20,000 bases of DNA from Cladosporium halotolerans (lineage: Eukaryota), in assembly GCF_011745625.1 (NCBI RefSeq), contig NW_027191507.1:55565-75564 (forward strand). The letters are read 5' to 3'. Shown here piece by piece: positions 1 to 9,883 of this stretch; position 1 is the first letter of the stretch, and each line of letters starts with the position of its first letter. Below the pieces are notes generated by a model. The model saw only the letters and a program-made list of their open reading frames with translations. It did no database searches and was not told the origin of the DNA. The translations under genes and the position numbers were made by a program.

Positions 1-71
1 CAAAGCTCTCTGGATTTCCCAGCCCGCTTCTACTCGCACGAAATCCACACTGGACAGCAGCCATATTTAAC

Positions 72-1301
72 ATGGTCAAAGCCCCCATCCTCCACTTACC
101 TCGAAGCCCCCACATCTATCACATCCCGCTTAAAATCTTGCCGATATTCAATACCAGTCGCCGACCTAGTGCGTACGTCTTTGCGGAAAGGATCAGTCCT
201 TCATTCACGCCTCGGACTCTTCATTTACAGAGTTACCAGAGGCAGATTGATCAACAACAACCAAAGTCCACGTTCTTACCAAGACGGCCAATCCCAAGAC
301 GGGCGCTACATCACACACCCAACAGCGTACATACCGAAGTCATGTCCCAAACAGTCACCGTCGACAGCATGCATGATTCAGCCACTGGTACGTGGCAATA
401 CATTGTCGCCGATCCGCACACCCTTGACGCCGTCATCATCGACCCAGTCTTAGATTACGACATTTCAACACATACCATCAGCACCCACACCGCCGATGGC
501 CTCAAGTCTTTGATTGAAGACAAGGGTTACAAAATCATCAGGATCCTCGAGACACATGCGCACGCAGACCATCTGACAGCCGCCTCATACTTGCAAACCG
601 TCCTAGAGCGGGACCATGGTTCTAAGCCGCCTATCTGCATTGGAAAGCGGATCCGTGAGGTGCAGCGCGTGTTCGGACAGAGATACGGTGTTTACGACTC
701 CGAGCTGAATGCGGCGTTCGATCAGCTCATGGATGACGATGAGGAGTTTTGTATTGGCCAGCTAAAAGCCAAAACAATTCATCTTCCGGGCCACACACCA
801 GATCACGTCGGTTACCTCGTCGAAGGTAAGCAATGTCAGCAGCAAAACAAACGACTTTGGAATTTGCTAATACAAGGCCTCGCAGACAACATCTTTTGCG
901 GCGATTCGGTGTTCAACGCCGACCTAGGCACCGCGCGCTGCGACTTTCCCGGCGGCAGTGCAAAAGATTTATACCACTCGACTCGCAAGTTGCTGAGCCT
1001 GCCCGACAACTACAAGATTTGGACCGGCCATGACTACCCGTCTAACGGCCGGATGTGTCCAGTCCCGTACATGAGCGTGGCTGACCAGAAGCAGCGCAAT
1101 CGCTACCTTTCAGACATTGTATCGGAGCAGGATTTTCTGCACATGCGCACCCAACGTGATGCACAACTGAAGGAGCCGAAAATGCTACACCCGTCGTTGC
1201 AAATCAATATTCGCGGAGGACGGCTACCCGCTCCGATGCCATCTGGTGAACGAACCTTAACATTTCCTATTCGACTGGAGACCGAGCACTGGGGAGTTTG
1301 A
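72..1301 (+). CDS. Persulfide (sulfur) dioxygenase-like metallo-beta-lactamase-fold protein (ETHE1/Blh/SdoA family); exons 72-825 and 886-1301; alternative start at ATG 342
   Basis: Motifs TWQYIVAD..DPVLDYD, ILETHAHADH (HxHxDH), PGHTPDH, GDSVF, GTARCDFPGG, GHDYP and PSLQINIRGGRLP. Removing the in-frame 60-nt intron joins VGYLVE-DNIFCGDS. Length is 389 aa from ATG72 or 299 aa from ATG342. The N-terminal extension is R/S/P-rich and acid-poor. Confidence 0.92.
   Translation: MVKAPILHLPRSPHIYHIPLKILPIFNTSRRPSAYVFAERISPSFTPRTLHLQSYQRQIDQQQPKSTFLPRRPIPRRALHHTPNSVHTEVMSQTVTVDSMHDSATGTWQYIVADPHTLDAVIIDPVLDYDISTHTISTHTADGLKSLIEDKGYKIIRILETHAHADHLTAASYLQTVLERDHGSKPPICIGKRIREVQRVFGQRYGVYDSELNAAFDQLMDDDEEFCIGQLKAKTIHLPGHTPDHVGYLVEGKQCQQQNKRLWNLLIQGLADNIFCGDSVFNADLGTARCDFPGGSAKDLYHSTRKLLSLPDNYKIWTGHDYPSNGRMCPVPYMSVADQKQRNRYLSDIVSEQDFLHMRTQRDAQLKEPKMLHPSLQINIRGGRLPAPMPSGERTLTFPIRLETEHWGV
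826..885 (+). other. 60-nt in-frame spliceosomal intron in the dioxygenase gene
   Basis: GTAAGC donor at 826, GCTAAT branch site at 866-871, CAG acceptor at 883-885. The read-through peptide GKQCQQQNKRLWNLLIQGLA interrupts the conserved motif. Confidence 0.9.
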
Positions 1302-1537
1302 ATAGCATCGCAAGTTTTGCCATTTCAACAATATGCGCATAGCCAGCATTTATCCATCAACTAGCAATGAACACTGTATGAGTATCACCAACTTCATAAT
1401 TGTGCGCCATGCTTGTCTTTTGCCACTGGGAGAAGTTGTTCTGAACTGTTAAGAATGAACTCTCGGGAAACATGCCACAAAGGAAGGAACATAGTGTAAT
1501 TTGATCTGCAGTAGTCAACAAAGATAATAGTATTTGA

Positions 1538-2532
1538 TCACAACGACAGCCACGACCCTAGGCGAGGTTTCCAACCACCGCCTGCATGCGGATCTGTCTG
1601 GTCCAATCGCCACAACGTGGTCTGCACTCGCAAATCTGCGAGAAATTCTGCTTCTGTGGATTTTGCGTGCTTATTGAGAGCCGCACATTCGGCGACAGAG
1701 TCGCGCGGCTTAGATGAGGTCGACGGGCTACCATCTCCCTGCTCTCGCCAGACGCGGGTGTTGGCAGGGAGGGACAAGACCCGTTGCATAGAGTTCCAAG
1801 CGTCACGATGGTGTGATGAGTCTTTCGACGGATCATCGGCAGCGCGGAAAGCGACGCTCTCGAGGTCTGCATGCGCCAAGTCCTCTCTCAGAGTCGCGAT
1901 TGAGTGTGCGCCAAAAACATCGTTGCCCACTACATAAGCGCGGCGATGGGGTTTACCAAAGCCTGGCATGTGCATGCATTCCAGAGAGAGCCAGCCCAAA
2001 ATGATTTCGCCATCATTAAGGCCAGCGCGGAATGTTGTCTAGAATGAGCTACTAGCACCGTATTTGCGCTGCCACAAAAGGTCGAGGCCAGAGACGGTAG
2101 CTTCGTTACAGAGCTGCGGTGCATATCCTGCATTCTGAGATACCAAGCGGCGGATAGGCAGTGAGGGTTCGCAACATGTGTCTCCAGGATGTAGTCGACA
2201 ATAGAGCTGCGCTCTTTCATTACAGTAATGATGGCGTCGGCGGCGCTTGTTGACATGGCAGCCGGGTCAGCACAGGTCAGCACAGCGGTCGCGGACGGGA
2301 TCGAGCACTACACAGTGCATTGTAGTAGCATCAGCTACAATGTATTGCCATGTGTCTGTAGATGCTGCGTATACGTTATGGACAACCGACGAAGTATCGA
2401 AGGCCGCGGTCGGCAATTCTGAAGGTACGCCGGATGTCGTCAGCTTGGAGAAATGGTCGAACAACAAGACTTGATAAGCCTTTTGGCCGTGGATGAGGGG
2501 TATACAAAGGTCTTGATCAGGCCCAGAATCAT
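1538..2532 (-). pseudogene. Disrupted, catalytically degenerate paralog of the persulfide dioxygenase (start uncertain, ATG 2532 or upstream)
   Basis: Pieces across frames align to gene 1: TDTWQYIVADATTMHCVVLDPVRD; YILETHVANPHCLSAAWYL; GYAPQLCNEATVSGLDLLWQRKYG; HMPGFGKPHRRAYVVGNDVFGAHS; NSMQRVLSLPANTRVW; SVAECAALNKH..EAEFL. Lesions are a 10-bp tandem duplication (2265-2284), a frameshift at ~2128 and an in-frame TAG at 2041-2039. Confidence 0.85.
2265..2284. repeat. 10-bp tandem duplication GGTCAGCACA x2 causing a frameshift in the paralog
   Basis: Seen directly. Removing one copy restores ...DRCADPAAMSTSAAD... Confidence 0.9.
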
Positions 2533-2927
2533 TTGCAAGAAATGAATTTTGTCGCGTGATGTGAAGGGGGAAGAGAAAACGACGAGGAGACGGGAGCGAT
2601 GCAGAATGAAGAGTACAAACATTGACGAGCGAGCCCCCGCGTGCATGTAGTCGCCGATGTTTCCGAGTCCCCGGCCACTCGAGTCCGTGCTTCATGATAT
2701 TGATCGGTATAGCTCCCTCCCGGGACCCATTGCAAATCGTTGCGTTGACGGAAGATTCCATAATTGAACTTCAAGACGAATGTATCTGTTGGCCCCGTAC
2801 GCCTTTCTCGCTTAGTCATGTTCATGCACCAGGTTGCATAGGCTGCACACACATAGATGCGAGAAGGGAGGTCACGAGTACGTACGGCGATTTAGTTAGA
2901 TATCCAGCGTTACTATACAGATAGCTG

Positions 2928-4760
2928 CTAGAGTATGTTGTTTGAAAAAAAATTACTTGACATTTCATCTGTCAAAAAAAGATCGAACCAAAATGGGTTA
3001 TTGCCCATGCTGTCGCTGTCGGCCATGGCACTGTCTCGGAAAGAAGTAGCGTGAGGCGACAAGGCATGCGTCGAGAAAATGGTCTCGGCAACGACTTTGA
3101 GACAACGCGCTGAATTTTGAGCGAGCGTGTATCGCTCACCTAGCCTTTGCAGTGCACCGAGCATCAGAACGACTCTGTCTCTATGCTGTTGGAGGCAGTC
3201 TAGCCCGCCACGGGGTACATGGATGGATCCTGCCGCGAGTTGAATAACGCATCCTAACACCAGGCCACAAATGAAAAAGGGCGAATTTCTGTCTAAACGC
3301 CATGGCACAGTAGCGAGGTTCGCCAAATCCTTTGAAGCGGCGATAGCTTTGACAGTGTGGTGTCTGGAAGTAGGCGCCAATTGTATATAGCCGTTCGCAC
3401 AGGCGATGTCTTTTGCAGACGGCACCGTGTCGGGCAGGTCGCTCCTGGGGAAATGAAGGAAGATGGTAGCGCACGCAATGATGCAGCGTGCTTCGAAAAG
3501 CATCAAATCGACATCTCCCGAAGGACCAACGACGTCTCTATATAAGAACGGGAGATTGTAATCCCAACCTGCAAGCGCGTTATTTAGTGCCTGGATGTTG
3601 TCAGGAAGAGCATCGTCCTGGGAAGCAATAGTCAGAACTCGGCTGACAAGCGGATCGCATCTATGCGAAAGCACAAAGTTGAGAAGCTGGCTTGCGGCTC
3701 CGGTGAAAAAACTCGATTCTCAAACGCTCGGAGTATAGGAGGGCTTGGATCACATTCACCTGCTTCATAGGGCCTGGGCACATGGTAGAAAGGGGAGCGT
3801 CTTTGCGCAGGCGGTTTGGAAAATCGGACGGCGGTGTATCGCCGCGAAATAGATGTCGACGGTGTACAGCTCCCACCATGTCCTTCGGAGACTCTCTTCC
3901 ACCAAAGAGGAACAAGCTGAATTTTCTCGCGCGAAGGTCGGCTCCTGCATGCCCAAATCCAACACGATGCTGGCAGCACGAGTGACACACGCGGCGGCCT
4001 CTGTGGGCTGCTGACGGGCGTGAAAAATGATAGCGTACAAAACCAGTGCTTGGACCCTAGAGGGCTTCTGCTCGTGAGGCTCCAACATGGCAGAAGAAAC
4101 TGCCTCTTGGAGCCCTAAGTCTCCAGGCATGGACGTCGCATAGTGCTGTCCAGCGAAGCATACGACCAGATCGAGGTAGTGCGGATACTGTTGCGCCGCG
4201 TAAAAAGGCCTAGGCACAAGGAAGGGATGTGCGGCAAAGAAATGGATATAGAAGAGGTTGAGCGGGCGGTCGTGGTCGGAAGGATTGAGTGCCCACGTCG
4301 ACGGCACGGCGGGAGTTAAGGATGGCAAAGGCAGTTGTGGATTGCTGAGGCATCCTGGGACAGTGGATGTTGACGAACAAGAAGCGGCAAGGGCCGGACA
4401 GGCGGCGAGGGCGGTATGGGAGGTGTTGCTGCTGGCGGACCGTGCAGATGCGGCTGTGGGCGGCGTCGGTGGCGCGGTGGTGTCTGCAGCGGGACCAGCT
4501 CCTGCCGCAGCAGGCAAAGGTCGGTGATTGCGAGGTCGATGTGGAGAAGCATTTGCATGTGCCGGATCGCCTCGCCTGCCGCGGCGGCCAAGTCCACGGC
4601 GGGAAGCGGTGTAAGAGCAGGCAACAGCGTCGACAAGGCAGCGGCCACAGGTGGGCGACGCGCCGTCGCACTTGAGATGTTTGCGTCGACACCCATCACA
4701 CGCCAGCGGCGCCGGGCGAGCGGTGGCGTCAGAGTTGGCAGCGGCGGTGGCGGTGGCCAT
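2928..4760 (-). pseudogene. Zn(II)2Cys6 transcription factor with fungal middle-homology region, interrupted by two frameshifts (~3768 and ~3650); alternative ATG at 4787
   Basis: ACDGCRRKHLKCDGASPTCGRCLVDAVAC binuclear cluster, LNLFYIHFFAAHPFL and EESLRRTWWELYTVD. The protein continues LPCAQAL / YEAGECDPSPP..FENRVF..SFSTLCFRIDAIR / LVSRVLTIAS only by switching frames. TGA at 3767-3765 ends the first frame. About 610 aa if repaired. Confidence 0.85.
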
Positions 4761-6091
4761 GAAGGAGAAGATATCGATAAATTGCATGTCCAGCCTTTGA
4801 GAACTCCAGCTTGTCGCCGGTCTTGTGTTGTGAGAGGACAGCCCTGAGCAAGAATTCGGCGACTGGGACTCGGCGACTACAAGTCTCCACAAGCGGTGGC
4901 GTCAGCTCATCGCCCGTTGAGGAACAGACCCCGAGAAAGATCGCCGACAGCAACCTTCAGTCCCGAAGACGCCGGATGGCTAAGATCAATCAATTTACAT
5001 CTCGTGCTTCAGCTCCTGCAACTCCCGCACTCGCGTCGCAGCAACTAATTACCTCTTGGGAGCGCACACATACCATCGAGCCTCCAAACCAAGCCACGCA
5101 TCATCCCTCGCGAAAATGTGCAAAAAGGCAACCTGTGACACGTGCGGTCGGTCTCTCCTACCTACTCTTCACTCCGCCCGATTCTAACGCCTTTTGTGTC
5201 GCAGGCAAGCGATCCTGGTGGGGATGCGGCAATGTATTACTGCTGCCAACTCTCTACGCGACAAGCATAAACTAACGTGTCGGCAAGCACATCCCAAGCA
5301 TCATGGATTCCGTGCAGGAGCAAGACAGATGCAAATGCGGGCCCAGGGTCTTTGCGGAGGGCAAGGAGTATCCTCCGAAGGCCGCTCAAGCCGATTGACT
5401 GTAAGGAGGAGGATAGAACGTTTGGGAGGCTCCGATAGAGCATCTACGTACCACTTTCCCACCCACGTCTGTTGCCATTTGGAGTCCAGATCATACCTGT
5501 ACACCCTTCAATCGTCTCCTTCATAGACATGGAACCAACCTTGGCTATCGCCATCAAATCACCAGCGTTTCGAATCATGCTTGCACAAGCTCTGCTAGAT
5601 GAAGCGAACCAACCCAATCCTTCATTCTGTTCTATCGCAGGTCAGGTTTGCTCGTCGCAGAATTCACATACGCGCGGCAACTGGCCGGAATGTTACACAG
5701 CTAGTCCGGACACACACTCTTGGAGCCATTAGCCATTAGGAATGGTCGGGCGACAATGAGTGCACACTGAACTTTCGCCTTACCTCGGCGAGCTCAACAT
5801 TAATATTCTGTAATCGCCGTCGAAGTCGGCGATCAAACCCAAGGTCTTGACCTTGCCTTAGGGAGGTAGACTGTGACATGGGTCGTGCAAGACAAGGTCT
5901 TCGATTACAAAGATGGTTCGCCACCGGCACTATATGAACGACGAGTTCCGTCCGCAGCGTTTCCAAGTCCCCCTATCCGCCACAGAAACCGTAACATTAA
6001 CAAAGCCAGCGCGAATTGTGCCTGTTAGAAACGCCGCCACTACCGAGCCGTTGTCACAGCGTGTTGACGCGATCTTCCTAAATCATTCAAC

Positions 6092-7165
6092 ATGCTATCC
6101 GGATCCATATCCGCCGCTTGCACAGGAGCAATCTTCGGCGCCTCACTCACAGCATCGGGTGTCTATCTCCCTTTTGTGATAATCGGTCAATTCCGGCTGG
6201 CAGACTTCCACATGTTCCACGTCTTTGCAACAGCCATGGGCTCAAGCGCGTAAGTAGCAAGTCAAACCGTCGCCACGAGCTCGCAAACGTTGTTTGCGCG
6301 TGCGCTAATTTTTCACTGCTCCAGTATCGTCATGCTCGCATTGGATAAACTCGACATCATCAAGCGGCCGGTACGAATGAACTCGACGCTAGATCTTTGG
6401 TCACCATACGACGCAAATCTGGCTGGCGGCGTTCTAGTCGGAATCGGAATGGCGCTGTCAGGGGCATGTCCTGGCACGGTCCTGGTTCAACTTGTCCAAG
6501 GAATACCATCTGCAAAGGCCACAGCCTCCGGAGCCTTGCTAGGTGCTGCACTTTACATATGGTTCAAAGAGCGGCGCAAGAAGGCTCAACTTGGGGCTGA
6601 AGGGGAACGAAACACCTGCAGAAAGACGATATCTGACGTGTCCAAAGTCCCTGAATTTGCCGTATACTCATTATTTGGGGTGGCGATCGCGGTGATTTTG
6701 CGATTTACACGAGCTGGGAGCGAGCAATCTTTGGCATTGCCCGTGGCCGGTGGCTTTCTGATCGGCTGCGCGCAAGCCGTGTCGCTGCTACTCACTCGCA
6801 GCCCTCTCGGTGTCTCGACCGCCTACGAACACCTTAGCCGACACATCCTCAATGCATTGCGCGGAGAGATTGGAGCAAGGCCAAGCCTTCCCTCGAAACC
6901 CATCATCTTTTCCCTTGGTATCGTTGCCGGAAGCATTGCCTTGCTTGCGAGCAATCCCAGCTTCGGCAACTCAGCACACGAGTCTGCTGTACCGGCATGG
7001 CAGGCTTTCATTGGGGGTGTTGTCATGACTTTCGGCGCCAGGCTGGGGGATGGCTGCACTTCTGGACATGGATTGTCTGGCCTCAGTGCCATGTCTGCTT
7101 CAAGTCTTGTGACAGTGGCTGCGATGTTTGGTGCTGGTATCTCGACCAGGGCGTTGATGGCATGA
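6092..7165 (+). CDS. YeeE/YedE (thiosulfate/sulfur-compound transporter, TsuA/PmpAB-like) integral membrane protein; exons 6092-6249 and 6325-7165, 332 aa
   Basis: ATG 6092 opens MLSGSISAACTGAIFGASLTASGVY... The intron is 6250-6324 (GTAAGT, GCTAAT at 6304, CAG). Family motifs GGVLVGIGMALSGACPGT and GGVVMTFGARLGDGCTSGHGLSG are present, with many Gly-rich hydrophobic segments. The spliced frame is intact. Confidence 0.9.
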
Positions 7166-7847
7166 TGCAGAAGAGGCTACCGATGCAAGATCATCGAACC
7201 CTTCGATTGCAGAACTCATCTCCTCCTTCCAGACACTTGCGCGGCACTCGACATTACATGGCCAGAAGCCAAACACATATGCAGTCTTGCTGGTTTCCAG
7301 CAGTCTCAGATCGAGGACAGTGAAGACATTCGCATGTGGGTGGGTCCGCTACTTAACTCTTGCAAGTATACTTATTTCTTCTCGTGCAGTCACCGAGCCA
7401 ATTTCATGACCTCCGTCTCTTGATATGCTCCATGACTCGATGTGGTCCTTGCTCTAAAGGTACTCCTTACCCTAACGAGGATCGCCTCTTCACATGCGCT
7501 GTGCCCAAATTTTCTCCAATCTTTATCACAGCTTCGCCCCGCAAGTCACTTGTATATCTCAATCCTCAGCTTCCTCTACCCCCTTGAATACTGTGATCGG
7601 GCAACAAGCCAAGAGGCTTCCTGCAATTTCAGACATTCAATACACCATGATGCTGGCCAGACATTGATACAATGTCCTGCAATTGTTCCTTTCGCATTTG
7701 GCAGGAAGCATTTATCCAGTAGCTCAACAATAAATCTTGAGCCTTCCTCAGAACTCTAGCGTGATTGTGTTCCACTCCTGATTCTGTGGCCATGTTGTGA
7801 TGGTGTAAGAGATCTTTGATTTTGAGTGAACTATTGAAGAGGCAAAA

Positions 7848-9171
7848 TCATCTACATACACAAGTGAAGCGGAAAGTATCGTTCGCCTCGAGCCGGAATT
7901 CTTGGCAATTTGCCACCCGTAGCTCGAACGCCATTACTCTTGCTTCGCCCGCGGCGTGCCACTGTACACCACTCCGGGATATCTCCTCACTCACTGCATC
8001 CTCATCGGCTGGTCGCCGTTTCACATTCATGCATTATTGACTCGGGTGGCTGTATGCCATTCGTTCGTTCGCTTGCGACTCGACCTCCTCGGCCTTGCTG
8101 TCGACTTTCGTCGCGCCCGGTCTTTCGATGTGAGTTGCAAAGAGCGCTTTCGCTCTTCTGGTAGCCCGCTGCTCGACCTCGGCCACGATTGACATTTGTC
8201 GCAGGTTTTCCGAACGTCTGAGACGCGAGGGGTTGTTGCTGCTCGTCACTGAGGACCTTGGGATCGACTTTCATCATACCTGGCCCAGAGATTCGAGTTG
8301 CTCGTGCTGGCTGCATGCTTGCCACTCCTGGTCGGTGCATCGACTTGTATCGTGCCCGGTTTAGACGTGCGTGCCGCGAGGTTTGCCCGCTGCTTATCAA
8401 CCATGACTTGGCCCTTGGGCATTGCCTTGGGATGCTCCTGGTTTAGGTCTGCGACTTGCAAGATTGGCTTTTCTTGGTAGAGTTTGCCTAATCCTCATCG
8501 TCCATGACCTGGGCTTGTAGTCCGGTCTGGGTCTGACCAGTGCAACGCTTGCCTTTTTCCGTGTGGTTGGCCTGCTCTCGTCATCCACCCCTCGGTTTAA
8601 TGCTCGGTCTAGGTCTGACAGGATACAAGGCTTGCGTTTATGTTGCGAGGTTCCATCGGCTTTCATCATCCACGCCTCGGCCTGATGCCCGGTCTGAGTC
8701 TGACAAATGCAAGGCTCGCTGATTTTGGGAGTTAGGTTTGCTTGTTCTCGTCATTCATTCCTTGGCTTGATGCCCAGTCTAGGTCTGACAACTGCAAAGC
8801 TTGCGGGTCCTTCGCGTGGGGTTCGCCTGCTGCTCATCATCCATCGCCTTGGCCTGTCGCCCGGTCTAGGTATGGGAGCTTCAAGGCTTGTCATTTTTGG
8901 TGTGAGGTCCCGGTGGACTCGTGGCAGGGGTGGAGAGCGATTGCTGCATTGCTCGCGGAGCTGGATAAGCGCGGTCTCCCGATTGTCGAGCAAGAGGGAT
9001 TCCTCATCCATGAGTGTCTCGACAGTCAATGCCTTTACCCGGTCGGCCTGTGCTGTTTGCTTGTCAGTGTGCGGCCGGTGTGAGCTCAGAATGATTTGGT
9101 GGGCGTACCCATCCTGCGGTCTTGGGAATTGGAGTTGTGGGATCTCGTAAAGGGCGCGTTCTTGGCGCCAT
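7848..9171 (-). pseudogene. Degenerate gene of unknown function with an internal repeat array
   Basis: ATG 9171 (MAPRTRPLRDPTTPIPKTAGW) and a plausible intron 9108-9048 (GTACGC..CTGAC..CAG) splice in frame to ADRVKALTVETLMDEESLLLDNRE. ORFs 8034-8249 and 7848-8030 share a frame, separated by a single TAA. The repeat region is frameshifted. No recognisable family. Confidence 0.4.
8430..8892. repeat. Degenerate tandem array, six units of ~82-87 bp
   Basis: The core CGGTCTAGGTCTGAC...TGCAAGGCTTGC recurs at 8439, 8523, 8605, 8690, 8775 and 8862 (spacings 84, 82, 85, 85, 87). A TC(A/G)TC(A/C)(T/A)-like ..TCATCCA..CCTTGGCC motif lies between the cores. Confidence 0.8.
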
Positions 9172-9432
9172 CTGGGGTGTAGTCTAGTCAGCTGGTATTT
9201 GCGATGCGAAGGGAATTAGGAGGGGATCCGGGGGGGGGTGGGAAAGTGGTGTGAAGCGGCAAGAAAGTCGCGAAGTCAGCTTGCTTGTGCACTTTGATAT
9301 TGCTACTGCTTACGGGAGGTGCGGGATCTACGCCAAGTACCGCAATATGCAAGCTGGGAAGGTGCGTTCCGTGTAACTCACTTCACTTTCCGCCAGTTAA
9401 TCTGAAGGTCGTCAGAGCTTCCATCCGTTTTC

Positions 9433-9605
9433 TTTGTCAGACTGGCAGTCTGTCTCGTTCTTCGGATATAAGGGCCGGGTGAGGTGTTGGCTAATCTCTC
9501 GGGTCTTGAGTGCAAGGCGACATTCGTTGTAGTGTTAGGCAGCGTTTAGGGACGGCTCATACGGTCTTCGTGCATGGCGTGAATGAGAATCATCATCATC
9601 ATCAT
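9433..9605 (+). repeat. Left arm of a long inverted repeat (partner 19828-20000)
   Basis: Ungapped manual alignment to the reverse complement of 19828-20000 gives about 17 mismatches in 173 nt (~90%). The inner end falls in a (CAT)n run. Confidence 0.92.
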
Positions 9606-9883
9606 CGACCGGGGGGTCGGCATAACTTACAGGTAAGGGACGGCAGGTCACGCGTCAACATAGATCCGAGGCTAGAACTAACGCGAGCGCAACACGAGTG
9701 CCCCCGCGTCTTGCGTTTTGAGGTGTTCACGCGTGAGACATGTTGATTTATATACAGCGCATGAGCAGAAAATCACGAATATTTATTTCGAATGGTGAAG
9801 AACACCACTTGTGATCTCTCAGTGTCATTTATGAAGTTCATATCTCGCCTCGAACTGATGGCCGATGTAAGCTCACTCGCAAG

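Noticed and set aside
3661..3759. Possible intron (GTGAAT...CATAG, minus strand) rescuing the Zn2Cys6 gene
   Set aside because: The TGA at 3767-3765 precedes the donor, there is no good branch site, and the segment encodes family-like protein in another frame.
4210..4847. Several overlapping ORFs on both strands
   Set aside because: Shadow frames of the GC-rich, low-complexity part of the regulator gene.
4811..6090. Short ORFs and CGG triplets between the regulator and transporter
   Set aside because: No recognisable domains and no repeated CGG spacing pattern. This is probably a divergent promoter region, but no site can be supported.
6290..6324. ORF-track start for the transporter
   Set aside because: It lies inside the 6250-6324 intron; the spliced model from ATG 6092 fits better.
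8430..8892. CRISPR-like reading of the repeat array
   Set aside because: Fungal context, degenerate repeats, mutually similar 'spacers' and no cas genes.
9211..9242. G-run cluster that could form a G-quadruplex
   Set aside because: A single motif with no supporting evidence; it may simply be a pyrimidine-rich leader of the minus-strand gene.
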